DNA of 64,000 nucleotides from Candidatus Stahliibacteriota bacterium (GCA_030609135.1 JAUWCU010000002.1:4798-68797); one strand, 5' to 3'. Counted from the stretch's first letter, positions 1 to 9,210 are shown. Notes: generated by a model not told the origin, from the letters alone. Translations and numbers: made by a program.

Positions 1-294
1 TCCTTCTGCATCAGTAAAAGAAGGTCTTCTTCCATGCGCTGTATCAGCCAATAAAGTAAATTGAGAAACTACAAGTGCGTTACCGTTTACATCCTTAATA
101 GAAAGATTAAATTTTCCATTACTATCTTCAAATATACGCAAATTAGCACACTTTTCAGCCAACTCTTTTGCATGGTTTTCTTTATCACCCTTTTTAATTC
201 CAATCAGAATCATTAATCCATTTCCAATTTCTGAAACTAATTTATCTTTCACAGTAACATGTGCTTTTGAAACCCTTTGAATCACTGCTTTCAT
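1..294 (-). CDS. dtd: D-aminoacyl-tRNA deacylase (Dtd), 3' end truncated by window edge
   Basis: Reverse-complement translation from the ATG at 292-294 gives [15 protein letters not shown]...[20 protein letters not shown], the Dtd family signature (SQFTL.AD). Not in the ORF track because the stop lies outside the window. Confidence 0.85.
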   Translation of the reverse strand, partial: MKAVIQRVSKAHVTVKDKLVSEIGNGLMILIGIKKGDKENHAKELAEKCANLRIFEDSNGKFNLSIKDVNGNALVVSQFTLLADTAHGRRPSFTDAEG

Positions 295-343
295 ATTTTT
301 AACGCGAGATAAGTCTTCGCTACTCCTTTTATTTTTATAAAAT

Positions 344-420
344 TGTAGTTGCCCAATTTATTGGGCTGTTTATTATAGTCTTTAGACTCCTATTTTATGC
401 CTGATGAATCAGGCAACTAC
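344..420. mobile_element. MITE-like hairpin repeat, copy 1 (divergent variant)
   Basis: TGTAGTTGCCCAATTTATTGGGC ... GCCTGATGAATCAGGCAACTAC: terminal inverted repeats of the same family as 9249-9341, 9663-9710, 21394-21442 and 35743-35832. Confidence 0.45.
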
Positions 421-493
421 TTTGCTTTATTACCATATGCTATAAGCCATTAGCCATATGCCGCCCAGCGCTTTTTTCAAAAGTGTTGGGCAA

Positions 494-565
494 AGCGGGA
501 GACGGGATTTGAACCCGCAACCAACGGCTTGGAAAGCCGTGACTCTACCATTGAGTTACCCCCGC
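494..565 (-). tRNA. tRNA-Gly (anticodon UCC)
   Basis: Reverse complement folds as a cloverleaf: acceptor GCGGGGG/CTCCCGC, D-arm ACTC-AATGGTA-GAGT, anticodon stem ACGGC/GCCGT with loop TTTCCAA (anticodon TCC), T-arm GCGGG-TTCAAAT-CCCGT, discriminator T. No encoded CCA. Confidence 0.85.
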
Positions 566-573
566 ACATGAGT

Positions 574-601
574 ATTATATTAAACTATTTAAAAAAGTCA
601 A
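574..601 (-). promoter_or_regulatory. sigma70-type promoter for tRNA-Gly (TTGACT-16-TATAAT, about 8 nt before the mature 5' end)
   Basis: Minus-strand reading TTGACTtttttaaatagtttaaTATAATactcatgt followed by the tRNA 5' G. Confidence 0.45.
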
Positions 602-966
602 TAACACAAAGAGTGTATGAGAAGGCAGAAGGAGGTAAAAAGATGGCTAAGAAATAAGATTAATGACAAAATTTAAAATTTGATATTCGGCATTTGGAAT
701 TCTCTTTTAATAACCTCTCTGAGTCCTCTCATGCCTTGCTCGATAAATCGAGCGACTACAATATGTGGAGTTAGACCACTGGTGTGGGTTTGTAGTCGTT
801 TGACTTCCCACACCAAAATCTTTGGTGAGGGGACTTATCAAACAACACCCGATAAACCCCGCTCCTCTGTGAGGAACGTGGGTAAATCGCACCACTACAT
901 TTTTCGAAATTCATCCTTCAGGGGCAAACCTTTTATAGCAGTGGAGAGGACTCAGCAAACATCGTC

Positions 967-1430
967 TTGACTTCGATTTTTTTAGAATATAATCTTTTTA
1001 TGATTAAATATAAAAGAATTGAACATGATATTTATCCACTTCTTTCGAAATTAAAGGAGTCCTTATCAATAGATAATAATATAGTTTTCGCCTATATCTT
1101 CGGGTCTTATGGAATGGGCAAACCCACTCCACTCAGTGACGTTGATATTGCTGTCTATCTCTCATCCAAAGAAAACATCTGGGGCAAAAAGATGGAATTG
1201 ATTGAAAAAATTCTGATGAATTAGATATTGTGGTTCTAAATGAGGCTCCTTTGTCTCTTCAATTTCAGGTACTAAAGACTGGACGGCTACTTTTTTCTAA
1301 AAATGATAAATTGCGAATAAATTTTATCACCAGGGTATATGATATATATTGCGATGTTGAACCTCTAAGAAAGATTGCTCATGAAAATCTAATTAGGCGA
1401 ATCCACGAGGGCAAAATTGGAATTAGCTGA
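967..1430 (+). pseudogene. MNT-type minimal nucleotidyltransferase (Pol-beta superfamily), split by a frameshift in an A6 run at 1205-1210
   Basis: The first ORF carries the GS...DVDIAV nucleotidyltransferase motif (FGSYGMGKPTPLSDVDIAVYL). After stop 1222-1224 the other frame continues SDELDIVVLNEAPLSLQFQVLKTGRLLF..., the conserved C-terminal half of MNT proteins. The two halves join if one A is added or removed in the GAAAAAATT run. Confidence 0.55.
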
Positions 1431-1576
1431 AGATTGGAGATATAGAAAAGCATGGCGACCTGGATGGAAATATATTTTTGAAGACGCCAATAGTTTTGCC
1501 CTTTGATTCTTTAATCTGTAATCATTTTTATTGACATTCAAAATAAATTGGGTAAACTGTCCTGAGGAGGTAAATT

Positions 1577-2239
1577 ATGCCATTACTACTTATTTTATCA
1601 CTTATTGCTCAAACCGGGACAGGAATATATACTGCTGTGCCTAATATTACAATTGATAAACCTGCCCTGTCAGTTACTGGACAGGGAAATGCCACGCTTG
1701 GTGTTCAGGCAACAGAATACAAAATAATACTATACGCAGATACACATGCCGAAGAAGAAAAAGAAGCACTAAGAGCTTCAGAAGAAATGAGAGAAGAAAT
1801 AGTAAATGTCACGAAGAAAATCGGTGGCAAGAAAAAGGATGTTGTTCTAACAAGTCGTAATACACTTGAACCTATTGAGGGTGATCCTTATTTCCGTGTT
1901 GAACAGGATATCCAGATTTGGTTAAAGAACGTAAAAGACATAAATAAGGTCAAAGAAACATATTTACTTATTGATGGTGTACAGATCGGTTCGGCTACGC
2001 CTGTGATCGACGAAAGTGCAGATTATAGTCCAGCAATCAAAAAGGCAAGAGTAGATGCACTAAAGAACGCAAAACGGGAAGCAAAAGAATTGGCTGCTGA
2101 GATGGAAGTTCTGCTCGGTGATCCGATATTCATTTCGGAAAATATTGTTTACCCGGCATACACTGGGTATGAAACAAGCGAACAAGCAGAGATAGTTGTT
2201 TCAATCACAATTTACTATGGAATAGTATACAAGAAATAG
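1577..2239 (+). CDS. SIMPL/DUF541-like periplasmic protein
   Basis: 220-aa ORF with an AGGAGG Shine-Dalgarno 7 nt upstream; hydrophobic N-terminal segment; composition and length resemble the YggE/SIMPL family. Confidence 0.5.
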   Translation: MPLLLILSLIAQTGTGIYTAVPNITIDKPALSVTGQGNATLGVQATEYKIILYADTHAEEEKEALRASEEMREEIVNVTKKIGGKKKDVVLTSRNTLEPIEGDPYFRVEQDIQIWLKNVKDINKVKETYLLIDGVQIGSATPVIDESADYSPAIKKARVDALKNAKREAKELAAEMEVLLGDPIFISENIVYPAYTGYETSEQAEIVVSITIYYGIVYKK

Positions 2240-2369
2240 CCGATCGAGCTTTTCATAAAGATAGATATCGATATAGAAACGAGGAGGACCTACGCTGGAA
2301 AAAATATTTAAATTACAAGGGCATGGGACCAATGTAAAAACAGAGGTCATAGCTGGACTTACAACCTTT

Positions 2370-3593
2370 ATGACAATGGCATATATAATAGTTGTAAATC
2401 CTGCAATACTTGAGGCTGCTGGCATACCAAAGGGTCCATCCATGGTCGCTACAATTCTCTCAGCTTTTTTTGGAACCCTTCTTATGGGAGTTTATGCAAA
2501 ACGACCATTTGCTATTGCTCCATATATGGGTGAAAATGCATTTGTTGCATATACTGTTGTCAAAATTCTTGGTTATTCCTGGCAAACAGCACTCGGTGCA
2601 ATATTTATTGGTGGGGTGCTCTTCACTATTATAACTATTTTAAAGCTCAGGTCGTGGCTTGCCAATGCAATTCCTAAAAGCCTGAAATACTCATTTGCCG
2701 TTGGAATCGGGTTTTTTCTTGCATTTATAGGATTGAATGATGGAGGCATAGTGCAAGTAGGAGTACCTGGTGCTCCAGTGAGGATTGGAGATATCAGAAG
2801 TCAAGCAGTGCTTCTAGCCATCGCGGGAATTCTGATAATAGGCATTCTTATGGTGAAAAAGGTAAAAGGTTCAATCCTAATAGGGATTCTTGGAACTACC
2901 TTTTTAGCCTTTATTTTTGGTATTGCCAAGCCTCCGAGCCAATTGGTAAGTCTTCCTCCTTCTCTCTCCCCCATTTTTTTGAAATTGGATATTGTAGGAG
3001 CATTGTCATGGGGGTTTTTTGCAGTAATACTTACAGTTTTTATAATGGATTTCGTGGACACGATGGGCACTCTTATTGGTGTATCTGCTCGGGCAGGCTT
3101 TCTTGATGAAAACGGGAATCTACCTGAAATCAAGAAGCCAATGCTTGCGGATGCTCTTGCTACTGTATTTGGAGCATTGGTCGGAACCACTACAGCAGGA
3201 ACATATATTGAATCTGCCGCTGGTGTTGAAGAAGGAGGTAGAACAGGTCTTACTGCTGTGGTAACTGCGTTCCTATTTCTGATATGCCTATTTTTTGCTC
3301 CTCTTTTTACATCAATTCCCCCACAGGCTTATGGGGCTGCACTTGTTGTTGTAGGCATGATGATGATTTCTGTAGTTACAAAAATTGATTTTAAGGATTT
3401 CACAGAGTTAATCCCTAGTTTCTTTGTAATAATACTAATGAGCTTCACTTTTAATTTAGGTATTGGGATAACGGCAGGATTTGTGCTTTATCCTATATTT
3501 AAAGTCGTTACAGGAAGGTGCAAAGAGATACATCCCGGGTTATGGGTTCTTTTTGTTCTTTCGGCTCTTTTTTACATATTCTACCCATACTAA
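2370..3593 (+). CDS. NCS2-family purine permease (AzgA/PbuG-like guanine/hypoxanthine permease). True start may be a CTG at 2295.
   Basis: Multi-TM protein with the GLTTFMTMAYIIVVNP and AzgA-type permease motifs. The in-frame upstream sequence LEKIFKLQGHGTNVKTEVIAGLTTF matches the AzgA N-terminus and follows a perfect GAGGAGG Shine-Dalgarno 7 nt before the CTG at 2295. Confidence 0.8.
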   Translation: MTMAYIIVVNPAILEAAGIPKGPSMVATILSAFFGTLLMGVYAKRPFAIAPYMGENAFVAYTVVKILGYSWQTALGAIFIGGVLFTIITILKLRSWLANAIPKSLKYSFAVGIGFFLAFIGLNDGGIVQVGVPGAPVRIGDIRSQAVLLAIAGILIIGILMVKKVKGSILIGILGTTFLAFIFGIAKPPSQLVSLPPSLSPIFLKLDIVGALSWGFFAVILTVFIMDFVDTMGTLIGVSARAGFLDENGNLPEIKKPMLADALATVFGALVGTTTAGTYIESAAGVEEGGRTGLTAVVTAFLFLICLFFAPLFTSIPPQAYGAALVVVGMMMISVVTKIDFKDFTELIPSFFVIILMSFTFNLGIGITAGFVLYPIFKVVTGRCKEIHPGLWVLFVLSALFYIFYPY

Positions 3594-3828
3594 TTTAATA
3601 TTAAGGATATATTAATCACCGACAATCGCAATGTCTTTATTAGTGCGCTCCTTGATACGTCAAGTAAGATTGCCAAATTCTTAAAAAAACATTGAGCAGA
3701 TAGATAAGCAAAAATGATCTGTATTTGTGTTTATTTGGCGATAATCTTAAAGGAATTTATGTACTTTACAAATTTCCAAAAGCAAGTAAGAATGCCTGGT
3801 TATTCTTTAAGATAAAAAAGTCAATCTC

Positions 3829-3856
3829 TTGACTATTCTAAATATATCAGTATAAT
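3829..3856 (+). promoter_or_regulatory. sigma70-type promoter TTGACT-16-TATAAT, followed by a Shine-Dalgarno AAGGAGAAGGAGA, for the 3875 gene
   Basis: TTGACTattctaaatatatcagTATAAT at 3829-3856, then a purine-rich Shine-Dalgarno and the ATG at 3875. Confidence 0.55.
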
Positions 3857-3874
3857 AACCAAAGGAGAAGGAGA

Positions 3875-4162
3875 ATGCAAGATAATAAGAAGCACATAGA
3901 TATCGAACTGAGTGCTGAGCAATCTGAAGGGATATATGCCAATGGTGTTGGTATTAGCCATACGCCATCTGAATTTATCCTTGATTTTATGCGTTTTTTG
4001 CCGGGTGCTCAGAAAGCCAAGGTCTTTGCAAGGGTTATTATGACACCACAAAATGCCCATATCCTGAAACAAGCCTTAGAGCAACATTTGCAGAAATATG
4101 AGGACAAATTTGGCAAAATTAAAATCTTTGGTAAACCAGCAACAGAAATCGGTTTTAAGTAA
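3875..4162 (+). CDS. DUF3467-family small protein
   Basis: 95-aa ORF with a strong promoter and Shine-Dalgarno; the segment GIYANGVGISHTPSEFILDFMRFLPG matches DUF3467. Confidence 0.65.
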   Translation: MQDNKKHIDIELSAEQSEGIYANGVGISHTPSEFILDFMRFLPGAQKAKVFARVIMTPQNAHILKQALEQHLQKYEDKFGKIKIFGKPATEIGFK

Positions 4163-5261
4163 AACAATCGATTTCTTTGTTCAATCGATACATCATGCGT
4201 ATCTTGTAGGCGGATATGTACGAGATACAACGCTCGGCATAGAACCTCGTGATATCGACTTGGTGGTTGAAGGTGACGCGATAAAGGCAGCCAAGCAGCT
4301 AAATGCAAAGTTGAAAGGCAGCCTTGTTATACACAAAGAATTCGGTACTGCTTCTATTACCAAAGGACAGACAAGGATTGACCTGGCAAGCGCTCGGTTC
4401 GAGAAATATGCCTCACCTGCAAAACTACCCCATGTTTATCCATCAACTGTTAATGAGGACCTTAATCGCCGAGATTTCACGATCAATGCTATAGCTATGT
4501 CTATCTCAAATGAAAATTTTGGGGAAATTTTCGATCCCTTTAACGGTTTGGAGGATATCAAGAAAGGTGTAATTCGAGTTCTTCACAAAGAAAGTTTCAA
4601 TGATGATCCGACACGGATTTTCCGTGCCCTTAGATATAAAAATCGTTTTCGTTTCAAAATAGGCAAAAAAACAAAATCATTAATGACTGAGGCAATAAAT
4701 AAACGAATGATCCAATGTTTGAGCGGTCAGAGGACTATCAACGAAATAAGGTTAATCTTCAAGGAAAAGAACTATATAGACATTATTAAAGATCTTTCAA
4801 ATATGACATCACTGAAAATAAAGAAAAAAGACCTGGAACTATTGCCGGTTTTGGGACAAAACCGCATGTATTTTTATTTATCCACGGTCAAATCCTCCAA
4901 GTTTCCAATTACAAAAACAGAGAAACTCTTAGTCAAGGATTTTTATAACTTTAGCAAAACAATCGCACGTTTGGACAAAGCAACCAAGCACAGTACAATC
5001 TTTGCAATTCTCTTGCCTATTTCAATTGATGTCATCGATATTATACCTGTTGTGCTGCCTAAACTAAAACAAAAGGTCAGGACATTTAGACAGCTCAAGA
5101 AGAGAAAACTTCTGGTAACAGGCAGTGATTTGAAAAGACTTGGTTACAAACCCGGGAGGAGATTCAAAACTCTCCTGAATAAGATGCGCGATTGGCAATT
5201 CGACAAAAAAATAAAAAACAGAAAAGAAGCCCTTGAGTATTTGAAAAACATAAAACACTAA
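4098..5261 (+). CDS. cca: tRNA nucleotidyltransferase (CCA-adding enzyme) / poly(A) polymerase family
   Basis: GGYVRDTTLGIEPRDIDLVV ... RRDFTINAIA ... DPTRIFRALRY are head-domain motifs of class II CCA/PcnB enzymes. The start overlaps the upstream ORF by 65 nt; alternative TTG starts exist at 4110 and 4128. Confidence 0.8.
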   Translation: MRTNLAKLKSLVNQQQKSVLSKTIDFFVQSIHHAYLVGGYVRDTTLGIEPRDIDLVVEGDAIKAAKQLNAKLKGSLVIHKEFGTASITKGQTRIDLASARFEKYASPAKLPHVYPSTVNEDLNRRDFTINAIAMSISNENFGEIFDPFNGLEDIKKGVIRVLHKESFNDDPTRIFRALRYKNRFRFKIGKKTKSLMTEAINKRMIQCLSGQRTINEIRLIFKEKNYIDIIKDLSNMTSLKIKKKDLELLPVLGQNRMYFYLSTVKSSKFPITKTEKLLVKDFYNFSKTIARLDKATKHSTIFAILLPISIDVIDIIPVVLPKLKQKVRTFRQLKKRKLLVTGSDLKRLGYKPGRRFKTLLNKMRDWQFDKKIKNRKEALEYLKNIKH

Positions 5262-5893
5262 TGGGAAGTATTGTTTCCTTTTTGCTCTCTCTGCCGCCGA
5301 TTTTGTTCGCCTTAACCATCCACGAATACTCTCATGGGTATATGGCACTCCGTATGGGTGACCCGACCGCGAAGTTTGCTGGTCGGCTTACCCTTAACCC
5401 AATAAAACATATTGACATTATGGGTTTGTTCGCATTTATCATCTTCAGGTTTGGTTGGGCAAAACCCGTACCGATCAACCCTGGTAATTTCAGAGATTTA
5501 AAAAAGGGCATTCTCTACACTTCCTTAGCGGGTCCTCTCTCCAATTTCCTCATCGCAATCCCTTTTGGTCTAATAGCCAGGGGCATTCCGGTCCAGGTGG
5601 ATTTTCTTTTGCCCTTACGGATACTGCTTGAATTATTTGTGTTCTACAACCTCATATTCTGTGCTTTCAATCTTATTCCAATTCCACCCCTTGATGGCTC
5701 ACACGTTCTCTTTGCTTTGCTCCCACCCCAATATCGGCACATTGAACTATGGTTAACACGCTACGGTTTTTTTGTCCTAATCGGACTCATCATGTTTGAT
5801 AGGATCACTGGCATACCAGTTCTTTGGGGTTGGATTGGACCATTCGTGACTTTTTTCAGTACCCTCTTTGCTGGCAACTTAATAATCTTATGA
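5261..5893 (+). CDS. Peptidase M50 (site-2 protease family) membrane metalloprotease
   Basis: HEYSHG (HExxH) within a transmembrane segment and a downstream LDGSH motif; TAATG overlap with cca. Confidence 0.8.
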   Translation: MGSIVSFLLSLPPILFALTIHEYSHGYMALRMGDPTAKFAGRLTLNPIKHIDIMGLFAFIIFRFGWAKPVPINPGNFRDLKKGILYTSLAGPLSNFLIAIPFGLIARGIPVQVDFLLPLRILLELFVFYNLIFCAFNLIPIPPLDGSHVLFALLPPQYRHIELWLTRYGFFVLIGLIMFDRITGIPVLWGWIGPFVTFFSTLFAGNLIIL

Positions 5894-5899
5894 GGAGTA

Positions 5900-8176
5900 A
5901 TGAACAGATTCCTTAAAATCTTACTTGTAATCATAGGTGCAATCATCGTCATCCTGATTGTTGGCTATTTTCTGATAAAGAGTTACCTGACACCCAAAAC
6001 AGTACAAAATATTGCTGAAAAGGTTGCAACTGAGGCTATCCAATATCCAGTTGAGATCGGTCAAGTTGGTTTGCGTTTTGGATTCAAGGTGGGTATTACA
6101 ATAGACGATGTCAAAATACCCAATGCCAAAGGTTTTAGCCGTGAATCTATGGTCGAAATTGACCGAACCACCCTAAATTTAAAACTTCTGCCTTTATTGG
6201 GACGCCGGATAGTCATAAGTGGTCTGGATTTCTCAGGGATAAAGGTCAAAGTTGAAAGAAATAAACAGAACAAACTGAACTTCGCAGCTATCATACCCAA
6301 AGAAGCACAGGGCTCGAGTTGGTCACTATCTCTGTCTTCAGTCACTATTTCCCAAGGTAATGTATCCTATATTGATGCGTTGACCAAAACTGAAATAGAG
6401 GTTAAGGATATCGATCAAGAAATTAAGTTTCAAGGCAGCACGATATCTGCAACTGGTAAGAGCACGGTATACATCCTGAAAAACAAAACACTGCCAGAAA
6501 TAATAGTGAAAGTTGGCAATAACGTTGTGTACGATACCTTGGAAAAGGATTTCCAAATTAAGAAGCTTACAGCGTTGTACGACCCAGTACATCTTTTGAT
6601 TGATGGGACAATAAGCAACTTAGAGAAACTCGATATCGATGCCAAACTTAAAGTTGACGATATGTCAAAACTTACTACATTAATCCCTGCTAATTCACGT
6701 CCAGAAAAGCTTAGCGGCGTGCTTATCACAACATGTTCAGTAACCGGTAAAACTAAAAAGATTGTTGTTGCCGGGAACAGTAAACTCAAAAACGTATCTT
6801 TTACGCCAAAAGGATTGAACCGGGGATTTACAAAAATCCACGGTTCTTTATCATTTACGAGTAAAGCGATTAGAGATATATCACTACATGCGATGTTCGG
6901 AGATACGAAGCTGGAACTCAACGGAGCAGTAAGCAACCTTAACAACCCGATGTTGAACCTCAAAACCAAAGCAGTAGGAGATCTCCAAGATTTAGAGATG
7001 CTCACAACCGACATGAAAGATGTACAATTGAAAGGTCCACTTACCCTCAATATAACGATTAAAGGTAGCGCTGAAAAACCGTCATACCAAGGAAATTATA
7101 ATATAAGCAGCGGATTTATAAATGGCATCGGTTTAGCGAAACCGATAAGCAATTTTATTCTCAAAGGTACAATAGAAAATAGTGTTGCCAAAATAAATAG
7201 ATGTGGTGGCAGCATTGGGCGTTCTGATTTTTCATTGACCGGTAAGGTAACCAACTTTAAAAAACCAGTAATTGAAATCAACAATACCTCACATCTTATT
7301 GATCTTGACGAAATTCTACCAAAGCCAGAAAATCGCAAGCAACAACAAGGAAAGACAGCACCTATCACACTCCGTGGTAAGACCAAAATAAACAAGTTTA
7401 TCGGCGCAAACATGGAGTTCAGAAACATAAACACAAGTTTCTCCTATGAAAATGAAGTAATAGATTTGAGAAAATGTACGGCAGATGCTTTTGATGGCAA
7501 AGTGCAGTTTGATCTTTATTATAATGCAAATAGCCCTGAACCCTATCGTATCAACACGAAAATGACTTCGGTGTCGACCAAAAAAATTCTAAAACGCTTC
7601 TTGAATTTTGAGAATCTGGAAGGCAAACTAACTGGCGTCAGTAACTTCCAAGGCCGCGGTTTCAGTAAAAATGATGTTATCGCCAATCTCAGTGCCTCGG
7701 GTAATATCAAGTTAATTAACGGTGTATTCAGAAATTTCGATTTCATTACGAAACTCCTTGCTTGGCTCGGTATAAAAGACTACAAGATACTGAATTTCAA
7801 CAATTTGGTGGCCAATTTCAATATCGATAAGGGTAATACAAAAGTGAAAGACTGGGCCCTATCATCAAAAGTCGGTACTTTTCTTACAAATGGTTTCATA
7901 GGATTAAATGGAAACGTGAATTTGAACGTAACCACTACGCTCAAGAAGGAATACTCAGATATTGTGAAAAAGTACCACGGCGATTGGATATTCCCGATTG
8001 ATAATAAAGGACAGGCAACAATCGATATTAAGATCACCGGAAAACTCAACTCACCTAAATTCAGTCTTGATAAGGATAAAATTAAGCAACGCATCAAAGG
8101 TAAGTTGAAGAATGAATTCAATAAGAAAAAGAAAGAATGGGAAAAGAAACTGAAAGAATTACTGAAAGGGAAATGA
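5900..8176 (+). CDS. AsmA-family outer-membrane biogenesis protein
   Basis: 758 aa with an N-terminal TM anchor, a long beta-rich repetitive body and a lysine-rich C-terminus; AsmA/DUF748-like architecture. Confidence 0.65.
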   Translation: MNRFLKILLVIIGAIIVILIVGYFLIKSYLTPKTVQNIAEKVATEAIQYPVEIGQVGLRFGFKVGITIDDVKIPNAKGFSRESMVEIDRTTLNLKLLPLLGRRIVISGLDFSGIKVKVERNKQNKLNFAAIIPKEAQGSSWSLSLSSVTISQGNVSYIDALTKTEIEVKDIDQEIKFQGSTISATGKSTVYILKNKTLPEIIVKVGNNVVYDTLEKDFQIKKLTALYDPVHLLIDGTISNLEKLDIDAKLKVDDMSKLTTLIPANSRPEKLSGVLITTCSVTGKTKKIVVAGNSKLKNVSFTPKGLNRGFTKIHGSLSFTSKAIRDISLHAMFGDTKLELNGAVSNLNNPMLNLKTKAVGDLQDLEMLTTDMKDVQLKGPLTLNITIKGSAEKPSYQGNYNISSGFINGIGLAKPISNFILKGTIENSVAKINRCGGSIGRSDFSLTGKVTNFKKPVIEINNTSHLIDLDEILPKPENRKQQQGKTAPITLRGKTKINKFIGANMEFRNINTSFSYENEVIDLRKCTADAFDGKVQFDLYYNANSPEPYRINTKMTSVSTKKILKRFLNFENLEGKLTGVSNFQGRGFSKNDVIANLSASGNIKLINGVFRNFDFITKLLAWLGIKDYKILNFNNLVANFNIDKGNTKVKDWALSSKVGTFLTNGFIGLNGNVNLNVTTTLKKEYSDIVKKYHGDWIFPIDNKGQATIDIKITGKLNSPKFSLDKDKIKQRIKGKLKNEFNKKKKEWEKKLKELLKGK

Positions 8177-8185
8177 TAAGAAAAG

Positions 8186-8375
8186 GCAGGATCACTTCGT
8201 TCGCAGGATCATCCGCCTTTAGGCGGGATTCGCAGAAAACGCCATTTTTTAGCAAGCAGAGTGATATTGCAAGTTCCGCCATGTAAGGATGGCGAAACGA
8301 TACTGCAAGCCAAGACCATGGTCTTGGTGATACTGCGAGTTCCGCCCCTTTGAAAAAGGGCGGGACGATACTGCG
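8186..8375. repeat. Palindromic repeat array (GATACTGCRAGTTCCGCC-hairpin-GGCGGRACGATACTGC units plus CAGGATCAYYCG units)
   Basis: Two units, gatattgcaagttccgccatgtaaggatggcgaaacgatactgcaag and gatactgcgagttccgcccctttgaaaaagggcgggacgatactgcg, separated by the palindrome ccaagaccatggtcttgg. The same unit family occurs inverted at 32283-32476. It ends 7 nt before the mutM ATG. Confidence 0.55.
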
Positions 8376-8382
8376 TTTTATT

Positions 8383-9207
8383 ATGCCTGAACTCCCTGAA
8401 GTAGAGACTATCAAAAGAGAGTTGAAGCCCAAGATCATTAATAAAAAAATCCTGGCATGTATCGTTTTGCATAGTGATGTAATTGCATACCCAAAACCAA
8501 AGACATTTTGTAGAGCAATCATTAACGAAAGAGTGACTAATATAACGCGCAAAGCCAAATACCTACTTCTTGAGCTCACCAATGAAAAGAAAATTGTCTT
8601 CCATTTTAGGTTGTCTGGTACTATCTCATTGAGAAAACTGCACGTTAAACCTGAAGGTTTTACTAGGGTAATAATAAAGATCAACGGCTACCAGCTTTTC
8701 TTCAATGAACCAAGGGTGTTGGGTAGAATCTACCTTTTGAAAGGCAAAAAGAGATTGCCGTTTTTAAAAGGACTGTACAACCTCGGACTTGAACCGATTG
8801 CTGATGCATTCGACTTAGTCTATCTTCGCAACAAAATAAAAGGAAGAAAGGCAAAAATAAAAGCCTTGCTTCTTGACCAGAGTATCTGTGCCGGAGTCGG
8901 TAATATATATTCTGATGAAGCACTTTTCCATGCCGGAATAAGACCCTTGCGCCGTGCTAAGCGTATAACGACCAGAGAAACCGCAAAACTTGTAAGAACC
9001 CTAAAATACGTAATACAAAAAGGGATAGAGAATTACGGAACATCGGTTTCTGATTATCACCGAACCGATGGCAAAGATGGGAATTTTCAAAAACTTCTGT
9101 ATGTCTACGGCAAAGAGGATGAACCTTGTAAAGTCTGCGGGACAAAAATTGTCTTGGCGAAACTCGGCAACCGGTCCACTAGATACTGTCCTAAATGCCA
9201 GAAGTAA
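8383..9207 (+). CDS. mutM: Formamidopyrimidine-DNA glycosylase
   Basis: Starts MPELPEVE (catalytic Pro2/Glu3) and ends with the C-terminal zinc finger CKVCGTKI...RYCPKCQK. The ORF-track start at 8350 is an upstream extension running into the repeat array. Confidence 0.88.
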   Translation: MPELPEVETIKRELKPKIINKKILACIVLHSDVIAYPKPKTFCRAIINERVTNITRKAKYLLLELTNEKKIVFHFRLSGTISLRKLHVKPEGFTRVIIKINGYQLFFNEPRVLGRIYLLKGKKRLPFLKGLYNLGLEPIADAFDLVYLRNKIKGRKAKIKALLLDQSICAGVGNIYSDEALFHAGIRPLRRAKRITTRETAKLVRTLKYVIQKGIENYGTSVSDYHRTDGKDGNFQKLLYVYGKEDEPCKVCGTKIVLAKLGNRSTRYCPKCQK

Positions 9208-9210
9208 ATA

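Noticed and set aside
600-966. Possible tmRNA, RNase P RNA, SRP RNA or 6S RNA
   Set aside because: None of the conserved motifs could be found by eye (tmRNA tRNA-like 3' end GGUUCGAxUCC...CCA; RNase P AGGAAAGUCCGG; SRP GGAAGCAGCC). Kept only as an unassigned region.
680-970. ORFs 680-970 (+) and 707-895 (-)
   Set aside because: Low-complexity, Cys/Trp/Arg-rich translations with no start context and mutually overlapping on opposite strands. Treated as non-coding.
8186-8375. CRISPR array interpretation of the repeated GATACTGC units and of the 17-nt tandem repeats at 32422-32476
   Set aside because: The units are palindromic with variable loops, number only two or three per locus, and have spacers that are not unique and not of CRISPR length. 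No cas genes are present. The 17-mers are contiguous tandem repeats without spacers.
8350-8382. mutM ORF start at 8350 (MKKGGTILRFIM-PELPEVE)
   Set aside because: Fpg requires the N-terminal Pro2 after the initiator Met as the catalytic nucleophile. The extension overlaps the repeat array.
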